From Erysipelotrichaceae bacterium (GTDB taxonomy: Bacteria; Bacillota_I; Bacilli_A; Erysipelotrichales; Coprobacillaceae), in contig JAQVDW010000011.1 in the NCBI GenBank assembly GCA_028698185.1, positions 1 through 32,000 on the forward strand: a stretch of 32,000 nt of DNA. Reading direction: 5' to 3'. This document shows, piece by piece, positions 16,269-24,461 of this stretch. The position numbers and the translations under genes are program-made. Numbering within the stretch: position 1 is the stretch's first letter; each line of letters opens with the position of its first letter. The notes beneath the pieces were generated by a model. The model saw nothing but the letters and a program-made list of their open reading frames with translations, searched no databases and had not been told where the DNA came from.

Positions 16269-18794
16269 TTAGCTTTCAATTTCGATGACGGGAACGATTT
16301 TCTGTTTGCGGACCAGCTCGGCAAAGATGACGGCCAGTTCCGGATCGAATTGCGTTCCGGCATTTTTTTCGATTTCTTTCAAGGCGAATTCCAAAGGACG
16401 GACTTCCTTGTATGAGCGTTTCGACAACATCGCATCGAAACTGTCGGCGATGCATAGAATCCGGGCAAACAACGGAATGTCATGGCCGCGGACTTTGCGG
16501 GGATATCCGTTGCCGTCCCAACGTTCATGGTGGCCGATAACCGCCGGAATTACGTAAGTCAAAGAAGGGATGTGCTTGATGATGGCGACCGAATTTTCCA
16601 CATGGGTCTGCATGATCATCCTTTCCTCGTCGCTCAAACGTCCATTTTTGTTGAGGATTTTTTCATCGATTCCAATCTTGCCGATATCATGAAGCAGGGC
16701 CGCTTCCTTGATTATCTCGATCGAATCCTTGTCCATGTTCAGACCATAGGCCAGTTCCGTCGCGTAGTAGCAGACATTGTTGGAGTGGCTGTAGGTGTAA
16801 TGGTCCTTGGTGTCGATGGCTGCCGTCAGGGCATGGATCATGGCTGCGTATTCCGAATAGATTTCGGCCTTGTGTTCGACTTCCTCATCGGGGTTTTCAT
16901 TCCGTTTGACGACCTGACCGGTCGATATCCGGATGCTGTCCTTGCCGGAACGCTTTACGTGGTAGATTGCCAGTTCGGCATCGTTGATCAGTTCGGTGGT
17001 ATTGTTGGCCAAAAACGGGATAGTCGAGATTCCAACGGAAACAGTGATCCGCTTCATTTTATAGTTTTCCCTTTTGGAATTGATCTGGTTGATCTGTTTG
17101 GAAATCTTTTGGGCGATCAGCCGAGTCTGGTTGACATCGTAATTCGGGAAGACACAGGCGAAGACCTTTGAATCGTAGCGGGCGCATATTCCAATGCCCT
17201 CCATATTGGCCTTCAGGATCCGGGCCACCTCGATAAGGACGTTGTCGCCCTCGTTGTAGCCGTAGAGCTGGTTGTAAAGCTTGAAGTCGTCGATGTTGAA
17301 AATGGCGATGGATAACAACCCATCATGTCTTTTCTTGTCGAGGTCTTTCAAGGCTGCCAGGAAGTATTTCCGGTTGAGCAGTTTGGTTAGGTCATCCTTG
17401 CGCGCTTCGTTGTATACCACCTCGTAAAGCTGGGCTTTTGACAGGGCGGTCGAAGAGATCAGGGAGATGTTTTCGAGGAAAACGATATCGTCATCGGTGA
17501 ACTTGGATGATTTGTTCTTGTGGGTCAGCATAAAGATACCCACCAGCTTGTCATCATCGATCAGGGGAACAAAATATTCGATATTTAGGTATGCGAGCTC
17601 CTTTTTTTCTTCGGTCCACATCGACTTGTAGGCATTTAGCTTCTTGAGATCATCGAGCAGGATGCAGTCGCCGGTGTTGTTTAGCAGGGTGACCAGGGGA
17701 TTGTTGAGCTCGAGTCTAAAGTCGATCTGGTTGAGCGGGTTGCTTGTGGCTACCACCTTGAAATAGTCTTTTTTTTCATCGGGAAGGAGAATGTAGATTT
17801 CTTTTAGACCAAGCGCATCTTTGATGACATTGACAATCAGCCGGGATATTTCTTTTACCTGAAGGCTGGAAAAGGCGTTGTTTTTGAACTCTTTGAGGAT
17901 ATTGGTGCGAATGGTGTCATCGGAAATGTAGATCCGGTTGATGAAAAGCTCCAGGAAGCGGTAGAGTACAAATGCGAATAGAGTGAACAATACCGCAATG
18001 ATGATTATTTGGTTGTCTTTTGGCACCAGGAGGATCTGGTCGAGCAGCCGTTCCAAGGCACTGGTAGAGTTCAACAGGACTATAAAAGAAATCAGACCTG
18101 AAAACCCGTAGATCACCCATTTTGATATCAGTAAATCAAGTTTGAACAGTTTGTTTTTATAGAGGGTGTAGAACAGGATGAAGACGAAGACGATACTCGA
18201 TAGAATATCGATAGGGAAACCCTGGATAAAAGGTACGACAGTCAACACGTTTCCAAGAAACAAGATCAAAAGACCAAGTTTGACCGGATTCAGGGCGCTG
18301 ATTGGAGTGTTGTCGCTGTGATTCTTTCCAAAGAGAATCAATAGAATATTGGCGATGATTGCCCCAGTGACAATGAAGAAGAACACCACGAGCCATGTCG
18401 TCTCGTAGATAAAGACAGTCTTGTTTGCGATGACAGTCGGTGTCGGGCTGGCCAAAAACATCCCGTTGTAGGTGTTGATTGCCATGAGAATAAGGCACAG
18501 TCCCAATAAGATGTAATCAAGCATCGTGCTTTTCATTCCGACAAGATTCTTGACGAATTTTAGAAGCACGTATGGAGCCATAACGATCCCGAACAAGGAA
18601 ATGTCATACCAGAACTTCACCATTCCAAGATACTGGGTCCGCATCAACAACGAACCGCCGCACCAGAGAGTGAAAATTACAAGAAAGGCAATGAATGAAT
18701 TGATGGCCGGGTTTTTCTTGGCTGCCAAAAATGCCAGCAGCAGGAAGCTGTAGCAGGAAACGGCGATTATAGGTATTATTGTAGAATCAATCAT
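16269..18794 (-). CDS. 7TM-GAF-GGDEF(degenerate)-HD-GYP c-di-GMP phosphodiesterase/sensor
   Basis: The N-terminal region of about 290 aa has roughly 7-8 TM segments. A GAF-like segment follows (IYILLPDEK...YFVPLIDDDKLVGIFMLTH). The GGDEF fold (LTKLLNRKYF, IDDFKLYNQLYGYNEGD) carries RYDSKVF in place of RxGG(D/E)EF. The HD-GYP domain has HDIGKIGI and HHERWDGNGYP. Confidence 0.85.
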   Translation of the reverse strand: MIDSTIIPIIAVSCYSFLLLAFLAAKKNPAINSFIAFLVIFTLWCGGSLLMRTQYLGMVKFWYDISLFGIVMAPYVLLKFVKNLVGMKSTMLDYILLGLCLILMAINTYNGMFLASPTPTVIANKTVFIYETTWLVVFFFIVTGAIIANILLILFGKNHSDNTPISALNPVKLGLLILFLGNVLTVVPFIQGFPIDILSSIVFVFILFYTLYKNKLFKLDLLISKWVIYGFSGLISFIVLLNSTSALERLLDQILLVPKDNQIIIIAVLFTLFAFVLYRFLELFINRIYISDDTIRTNILKEFKNNAFSSLQVKEISRLIVNVIKDALGLKEIYILLPDEKKDYFKVVATSNPLNQIDFRLELNNPLVTLLNNTGDCILLDDLKKLNAYKSMWTEEKKELAYLNIEYFVPLIDDDKLVGIFMLTHKNKSSKFTDDDIVFLENISLISSTALSKAQLYEVVYNEARKDDLTKLLNRKYFLAALKDLDKKRHDGLLSIAIFNIDDFKLYNQLYGYNEGDNVLIEVARILKANMEGIGICARYDSKVFACVFPNYDVNQTRLIAQKISKQINQINSKRENYKMKRITVSVGISTIPFLANNTTELINDAELAIYHVKRSGKDSIRISTGQVVKRNENPDEEVEHKAEIYSEYAAMIHALTAAIDTKDHYTYSHSNNVCYYATELAYGLNMDKDSIEIIKEAALLHDIGKIGIDEKILNKNGRLSDEERMIMQTHVENSVAIIKHIPSLTYVIPAVIGHHERWDGNGYPRKVRGHDIPLFARILCIADSFDAMLSKRSYKEVRPLEFALKEIEKNAGTQFDPELAVIFAELVRKQKIVPVIEIES

Positions 18795-20409
18795 ATTTTA
18801 CCCCCATATACTCTCCGACTCGTTGCTGGATATCGACCAGATCCCGGATCTCATATTTCGATGGATTGAATGATTTGACCGGTTTTTGATAGACCTGTTG
18901 ATATTTTTCGAAAGTTCCACAGCGAAGGATCGTAATCTCCAAAGGATCCATTTCGAGAATCTGCTTGAGCGATTCATAATCGGAATCGATGTAGCGGAAA
19001 TAGATTCCCAGCTGGCATTGGAGAATATCTTTAAGGTATGCCGAATCAATCAGGGTGCTCGAGTCGAGTTCGACATACATATGCAATAATGGTTTGTTGT
19101 TCTGGTTATATTCCTTGACGATGGAATAATTCTTGATGTCCAGGTTGGCAAGAGCGATGACATTGTCGATCAGATCCTTGGTGATCCGGGTGAACCCGGC
19201 AATGTCGATCACATCAGGGGCCCGGTCGACGAACTTGAACCGGGGAATGCCCAGTTCACTTTTACCCACGCATTTGTAGACATCCTTGACACGGTAGCGC
19301 ATGAACGCCCCGCCTTTTAAAACTGAAATGACCAGTTCATAAATTCCATCGACTTCCAGTTCATTGAAAAGGTAAGTTTTGGGATTGTAGTTCTCATCCT
19401 CGATGCACCGGTACATATCCGATTCCTTGATGAACTCATAGAAGCAGGTATCCGGGAAGAAATACATCCCGTTGCGGTTGAAATCCTCAGCTGCAATCAA
19501 TGACGGTTCGGTTCCTGCGAAAAGTTCCAAAGGAGCGATTCCCCACATCTGTTCAAGTTCATCCTTGTAACAGTCGCTGTCGGCTCCGGTTATCATGTAA
19601 CCCTTGAGCTTGAAAAAATCTTTGGGCATCAGCTCGCGGCCTTCTTCTTTGCATGTCTTTTTGGCTTTCAGGTAACGGAAAACCATCTTCAGCGGAATTT
19701 TCGTTTTCTTACCTGATCCTTTTGAACTTGAACCCCCTGAGCTCATTGAAGAAAAACTTTTTGAGATATAGTAGGCGACGGATGCCAATCCGAAGAAGTA
19801 ATCAATGCCTTTTTCCATCCCGAGCTTGAAACCTTCCTTGTTGCGTTCCTTGAAGCTCATGTTTTCCGCTTCCTCGACGTTTGGCAGGAATTCAATGTCG
19901 GTATGCATGGCTAAAGCCCGGGGCAACAGACCGGTCGCAAATGGCAAAGGCGCCAGGCCGTATAGGAACGTGTCGTCGTTTTCAACGGTGAATTCATATT
20001 TGCGACGTGAAGACGCGAGCATGACACAGGCCATTGTATTGTCGCGGAAAGTCTCAATCATCCCGCTTGTGTATGGTGCGAGTTTGACTGGATGTTTGCC
20101 ACCTTCCCAGGTCGTCTTGATCCAGATTACGGCTTTGGCAGGAAGAAGATCATCCCTTTTCAAAAGAAGGATGTCGGCATAATCCTGGTAATTTGTCAGC
20201 GGGAACTCTCTCCGGAATTCCTCGACGCTTGAAACTTCCTCTTTAAGCAAAGATTTCCCCAATGGCGATTTTTGCCATAATCTTAGCTGTTCTTTCATCA
20301 AGCGATTCTGGATCGCCATGAACTCATCTATTGTCAAATCCAAAAAGCCGCAGTACTGGTCCCATATTTCCTTTTTGCTTTTCGATTTGTAATCATCCTT
20401 AAAACTCAT
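18787..20409 (-). CDS. GH3-family (acyl-acid amido synthetase-like, adenylate-forming) protein
   Basis: 540 aa. By-eye matches to GH3 family blocks: FPLTNYQDYADIL; TTWEGGKHPVKLAPYT (where the P-loop would be); WGIAPLELFAGTE; YFFPDTCFYEFI; YELVISVLKGGAFMRYRVKDVYKCVG; PRFKFVDRAPDVIDIAG. AAGGAG is the RBS. It overlaps both neighbouring genes. Confidence 0.6.
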   Translation of the reverse strand: MSFKDDYKSKSKKEIWDQYCGFLDLTIDEFMAIQNRLMKEQLRLWQKSPLGKSLLKEEVSSVEEFRREFPLTNYQDYADILLLKRDDLLPAKAVIWIKTTWEGGKHPVKLAPYTSGMIETFRDNTMACVMLASSRRKYEFTVENDDTFLYGLAPLPFATGLLPRALAMHTDIEFLPNVEEAENMSFKERNKEGFKLGMEKGIDYFFGLASVAYYISKSFSSMSSGGSSSKGSGKKTKIPLKMVFRYLKAKKTCKEEGRELMPKDFFKLKGYMITGADSDCYKDELEQMWGIAPLELFAGTEPSLIAAEDFNRNGMYFFPDTCFYEFIKESDMYRCIEDENYNPKTYLFNELEVDGIYELVISVLKGGAFMRYRVKDVYKCVGKSELGIPRFKFVDRAPDVIDIAGFTRITKDLIDNVIALANLDIKNYSIVKEYNQNNKPLLHMYVELDSSTLIDSAYLKDILQCQLGIYFRYIDSDYESLKQILEMDPLEITILRCGTFEKYQQVYQKPVKSFNPSKYEIRDLVDIQQRVGEYMGVKYD

Positions 20410-20968
20410 AATTTTCTCCTTTTAATATAACCCTTTTTACCGAACTGTAGGTAGGGATTAGAAATGGGACTTCCTGTTTGTATTCCTGATAGTCGCAAAA
20501 TACCCTGACAAAAGTGAAATTGTCCTGGATGACGATGTAGATCAGGTTCATCAGTGACGAAATTGATGCGAACAATGTGAACGTGAAATCATTGAAAACG
20601 AATATCAGGCAGACATACATCAGAATGAACCACAAAACTCCGATATGTCGTGATAAGCCATACATTCCTGTTCTTATGGTCTTGGTCTGGTTGAACGAGA
20701 CATAGGTCGCCTCAAACGGCAAGGCGAAAAACAGGGTGTAAATAAGCAAACTTAAAAATATAAGCGCGCAGCCGATCAAAACGATTGTCGAGCTGGTAAA
20801 AGCAATGGCATTTTTGAGCCGGAAAATCATCACGACATTGGTGATTGTGAAAATCACACTGGCCAAAAGGAAAAGTTTGTCAAGCCAGTGATTCTTGATT
20901 GTGACACTGTTGATGTCATAGATGATATAAAGACTAAAAACTCCGATTGCAACAAGGTAATAGATCAT
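20399..20968 (-). CDS. Polytopic membrane protein, ICMT/PEMT-like SAM-dependent carboxyl methyltransferase family
   Basis: 189 aa with about 5 TM segments. TGMYGLSRHIGVLWF resembles the GxYxxxRHPxY block. C-terminal DYQEYKQEVPFLIP resembles the EYxxYxxxVP tail. The start is taken as the ATG at 20968, after GGGGGAG. Confidence 0.5.
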   Translation of the reverse strand: MIYYLVAIGVFSLYIIYDINSVTIKNHWLDKLFLLASVIFTITNVVMIFRLKNAIAFTSSTIVLIGCALIFLSLLIYTLFFALPFEATYVSFNQTKTIRTGMYGLSRHIGVLWFILMYVCLIFVFNDFTFTLFASISSLMNLIYIVIQDNFTFVRVFCDYQEYKQEVPFLIPTYSSVKRVILKGENYEF

Positions 20969-21193
20969 AGCGCACTCCCCCAAAAATATGATAACACTAT
21001 TTTTAGTAATTTACTAATACTATCTTAAAAATATGCGCTTTTTCTATATTTTTTGTTCCTTTTCAAGAGGATATTTCGATTAATGTTACTTGGGCGTTCT
21101 AAAATAAACAAATGATTTTGTGAAAAAGACAAAATTATAAATTTCTTGTCAAGTAAAAATATTTTACATGTGTGACATAATTTAATAGTGAGT

Positions 21194-21238
21194 AACAAAA
21201 TCGATGAGAATTTGGTGCCCGGTTTCATCGATTTTGTT
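21194..21238. repeat. Perfect 14-bp inverted repeat (potential 14-bp stem hairpin) in an AT-rich spacer
   Basis: AACAAAATCGATGA (21194-21207) and TCATCGATTTTGTT (21225-21238) are exact reverse complements separated by 17 nt. TTG follows on the plus strand. Confidence 0.7.
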
Positions 21239-21328
21239 TTGAAAACGGATGTCAATGAAACAATGTTTCGTCAAAATCGCATCCGGACAAGAAAAGATGA
21301 AACGAAATTGAGAAGTTGGGTTGTGCCC

Positions 21329-21356
21329 TTTACAAAACATTTTAAAGTTCTACAAT
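21329..21356 (+). promoter_or_regulatory. Sigma-A type promoter of the second GH1 gene
   Basis: TTTACA (21329-21334), a 16-nt spacer, then TACAAT (21351-21356). It lies 25 nt upstream of the ATG, with a GGAGGA RBS in between. Confidence 0.5.
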
Positions 21357-21381
21357 GTAAGGAAGATAAGGAGGATTTACA

Positions 21382-22761
21382 ATGGAAAGAAAGTTCCCAA
21401 AAGATTTTTACTGGGGCGGTTCAGTTTCTTCATTCCAGACTGAAGGTGCCCGTGATGAAGGTGGCAAAGGATTATGCATCTATGATGTCCGGCCGACCAA
21501 TCCTGAATTTACCGACTGGTCGGTGGCGATCGACGCTTACCACCGCTATGATGAAGATATCGCCTTGATGAAGGAAATGGGCTTCAATTTTTACCGTTTC
21601 TCGATCTGCTGGTCAAGAATCATCCCCAACGGAGACGATGCGGTCAATGAAGAAGGGGTTAAATTCTACAGCGACCTGATCGACAAGCTGATCGCCGCAG
21701 GAATCGAGCCGATGATCACCCTGGTCCACTTCGATATGCCTTACAAGCTGGTCAAGGAACACAACGGTTTCGCTTCGCGATTTGTCGTGGACTGTTTTGA
21801 GCGTTATGCCAGAGTCTGCATCGAACGTTTCGGTGACCGGGTCAAACATTGGATGAGCTTCAATGAACAAAACCTTCACGGGATGATGCTGCGGGTATCG
21901 AATGCGGAAAAGGTGCCTGAGGGTATCAATCCGGCCAAGCATCTTTACCAAGTCAACCACAATGTCTTTATCGCCCACGCCAAAGCGGTAAGAGCGTTGC
22001 GCGAGATGCAACCGGATGCCAAGTTCTGCGGGATGAATGCGGTGACCAACTTCTATCCGGCAACCAACACTCCTAAAAACAACCTGTTTGCCTGGCAGGC
22101 ATACCAATATATGAACGGATTCCATGCCGATGTCTTCACTTATGGCAAATATCCTGATTACATGGTAGCCTATCTGGAAAACCGGGGCTGGATGCCGATC
22201 TTCGAAGATGAGGATGAGGAGCTGTTGAAATATACGGTCGACTATATCGCCTTTAGCTACTACCGTTCAAACACGCTGACCGAAGGGGAATTCGACTACA
22301 AACGGCCATACCATGAAATCGTCGGGGAACATACCATCAAGAATCCCAACCTGGAAGCCAATGAATGGAACTGGGAAATCGATGCGGTTGGATTCAGGTG
22401 GACGCTTAACGAACTGGCCAACCGTTCACATCTGCCAGTGTTCGTTTTGGAAAATGGTATCGGATGGCGTGAGGATCTTGATGAAAACGGAACTGTCGAA
22501 GATGACTACCGCATCGCCTACCACCGCGACCATATCCGTGAAATGAAAAATGCGATGATCGAAGAAGGCGTGGACTGCATGGGTTATGTGACCTGGGGGC
22601 CGATCGATATCCCGGCGAGCATGTGCGACATGTCGAAGCGTTATGGATTTGTCTTCGTCAACCGGACCAACAAGGACCTGCGCGACCTGGCAAGAATCCC
22701 GAAAAAGTCGTTCAAATGGGTCAAAAAAGCTTTCGAATCTAATGGGGAAGATTTGGCTTAG
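21382..22761 (+). CDS. 6-phospho-beta-glucosidase (glycoside hydrolase family 1), second copy
   Basis: FPKDFYWGGSVSSFQTEG; MSFNEQN; VLENGIG; KRYGFVFVN. Confidence 0.9.
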   Translation: MERKFPKDFYWGGSVSSFQTEGARDEGGKGLCIYDVRPTNPEFTDWSVAIDAYHRYDEDIALMKEMGFNFYRFSICWSRIIPNGDDAVNEEGVKFYSDLIDKLIAAGIEPMITLVHFDMPYKLVKEHNGFASRFVVDCFERYARVCIERFGDRVKHWMSFNEQNLHGMMLRVSNAEKVPEGINPAKHLYQVNHNVFIAHAKAVRALREMQPDAKFCGMNAVTNFYPATNTPKNNLFAWQAYQYMNGFHADVFTYGKYPDYMVAYLENRGWMPIFEDEDEELLKYTVDYIAFSYYRSNTLTEGEFDYKRPYHEIVGEHTIKNPNLEANEWNWEIDAVGFRWTLNELANRSHLPVFVLENGIGWREDLDENGTVEDDYRIAYHRDHIREMKNAMIEEGVDCMGYVTWGPIDIPASMCDMSKRYGFVFVNRTNKDLRDLARIPKKSFKWVKKAFESNGEDLA

Positions 22762-22898
22762 GCTGTAAAAACAACAATAGGCAATCTGCCGATAATATGC
22801 TATAATACCGATGATTAAGTTGCACAATTTAAAAAACTGTATAATAGGATTATGGACGGTTGTCCGTTTGATTATGTAAAATACAAGGAGAAAAAATA

Positions 22899-23861
22899 AT
22901 GGAAATTTTAAAATTAGCGCCGGCTTTCAAGGATTATTTATGGGGAGGGCTGAAACTAGTTGAGCAGTACTACAAGAAAAGCGACCTGGCCAAAGTGGCC
23001 GAAAGCTGGGAAATGTCAAACCATAAGGATGGTTCTTCGACTATCATCTCGAATGCCCGCCAGGGCCAAAGCTTCAGGGATTACCTGGAAGAGGTGGGGA
23101 AGGATGCCTGGGGAACCAAAGCCGCCAAGTATGACAGTTTCCCGATCATGATCAAATTCATCGATGCCAAACAGGCACTTAGCATCCAGGTCCATCCCGA
23201 CGACGAATATGCCTTGAAATATGAAGGGGAATTCGGCAAGAATGAATTCTGGTATGTCCTGGAAGCCGAACCTGACGCATTCCTGTACTACGGAGTCAAC
23301 CAGGATATGACCAGGGAAGAGTTCAAAGAATACATCGACAAAGGGGTTATCTGCGATTACCTGAAAAAGGTCGAAGTGAAAAAAGGCGACTGTTTCTATA
23401 TCGAAACCGGAACAATCCATGCCATCGGGGCGGGAATCGTGATCGCCGAGATCCAGCAGTGTTCAAACTCGACCTACCGGGTGTTCGATTTCAACCGTCT
23501 TGGTGTTGACGGAAAACCGCGCGAGCTCCATATTGACAAAGCGGTGGCGGTGTCCAAACTGACTCCAAACGCTTCAAGCGGTGAGCCGGATGGCACAGTC
23601 GAAAAATATGACGGCTTTGAAAAGCTGCTTCTTACAGACAACAGCTACTTCAACTGCACCAAGTACGATGTGACTGATTGCGTGAAGCTTGAAGTCACAA
23701 AAGAAAGCTTCCAGGCGCTGACAATCCTTGAAGGTCAAGGTACGATCTTTGACGGGGAAACGACAATCGAACTGATCAAGGGTGACAGCATTTTCATCCC
23801 GGCCCAATCAGGTCAGGTGAGCGTTGCCGGAACCGTCAGCTTCATCCAGACCCAATTATAG
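22899..23861 (+). CDS. manA: Mannose-6-phosphate isomerase, class I
   Basis: LKLAPAFKDYLWGG; LSIQVHPDD; NEFWYVLEA; GTIHAIGAG; VIAEIQQCSNSTYRVFD. AAGGAG is the RBS. Confidence 0.88.
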   Translation: MEILKLAPAFKDYLWGGLKLVEQYYKKSDLAKVAESWEMSNHKDGSSTIISNARQGQSFRDYLEEVGKDAWGTKAAKYDSFPIMIKFIDAKQALSIQVHPDDEYALKYEGEFGKNEFWYVLEAEPDAFLYYGVNQDMTREEFKEYIDKGVICDYLKKVEVKKGDCFYIETGTIHAIGAGIVIAEIQQCSNSTYRVFDFNRLGVDGKPRELHIDKAVAVSKLTPNASSGEPDGTVEKYDGFEKLLLTDNSYFNCTKYDVTDCVKLEVTKESFQALTILEGQGTIFDGETTIELIKGDSIFIPAQSGQVSVAGTVSFIQTQL

Positions 23862-23883
23862 ACATCTCGCGATGTCTTTTTTT
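23860..23883 (+). terminator. Intrinsic terminator after manA
   Basis: AGACATC-TCGC-GATGTCT hairpin followed by TTTTTT. Confidence 0.7.
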
Positions 23884-23898
23884 GCGCCTTTTCCCAGA

Positions 23899-23925
23899 CA
23901 AAAAGGCCCGGTTTATGGCCGGGCC
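23899..23925 (-). terminator. Intrinsic terminator after the lipoprotein gene
   Basis: On the minus strand, a GGCCCGG...CCGGGCC stem (23905-23911 with 23919-23925) is followed by TTTTT. Confidence 0.65.
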
Positions 23926-23942
23926 GGCAGGTTCATCAAATT

Positions 23943-24461
23943 TCAATCATAGCCACCCTGGGCTTCGGGGAGCTGTTTGTATTGTGCGGTCTCGCTTACG
24001 ATTTCATGGATTCTGGCAAAAAGCTCCCGGAGCTTTAGGGCTTTGGTCTCGTCCGATCCGCTTTCATCGTCCCAGTGGATGCTTTTGGTTTTGCCATCGT
24101 AAGTGATGGTGATCGAGTAGGACTGGTACGGGGTCATATGGACATCGCTGGTTACCGTATATGTCTCAGGGTAGCTCAATATGTCGATATCTTTCATCAT
24201 CTGGTATATTTCTGCCATCTTTGTGTCGCTTAAAACCAGGTCGGTCGTCACCTGGGGTGCGAGGATCAGGTCCTTGGTGTAGGTCCCCTTTATGGTGTCC
24301 AGCTGGTTTTTTTCCAGGACGCCATAATCGAGGACGAAGCCAAAGTCTTTTGGCATCGTGTCAGGCAGGGAGAAGGTGGGCTTGGAAAAAATGTTGCATG
24401 AAGTCAGGACAAAGACAAAAACGGTGAAGGTGATTATCAGGAGTTTCATTGGTTTGTTCAT
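23943..24461 (-). CDS. Lipoprotein of unknown function
   Basis: Signal peptide MNKPMKLLIITFTVFVFVLTSC with the lipobox LTSC. GGAGG is the RBS. No recognised domain. Confidence 0.7.
   Translation of the reverse strand: MNKPMKLLIITFTVFVFVLTSCNIFSKPTFSLPDTMPKDFGFVLDYGVLEKNQLDTIKGTYTKDLILAPQVTTDLVLSDTKMAEIYQMMKDIDILSYPETYTVTSDVHMTPYQSYSITITYDGKTKSIHWDDESGSDETKALKLRELFARIHEIVSETAQYKQLPEAQGGYD

Noticed and set aside
21238-21254. A cre-like sequence, TTGAAAACGGATGTCA, upstream of the second GH1 gene.
   Set aside because: The left half matches cre (TGAAAACG), but the right half is displaced by one base, so the 14-nt consensus is not met. It also lies 130 nt upstream of the likely promoter.
21188-21568. 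A 126-aa plus-strand ORF starting in the AT-rich spacer and running into the second GH1 gene.
   Set aside because: It starts at a GTG with no RBS, crosses the predicted promoter and RBS of the GH1 gene, and overlaps that gene out of frame. The GH1 frame has clear family motifs from its first residues.
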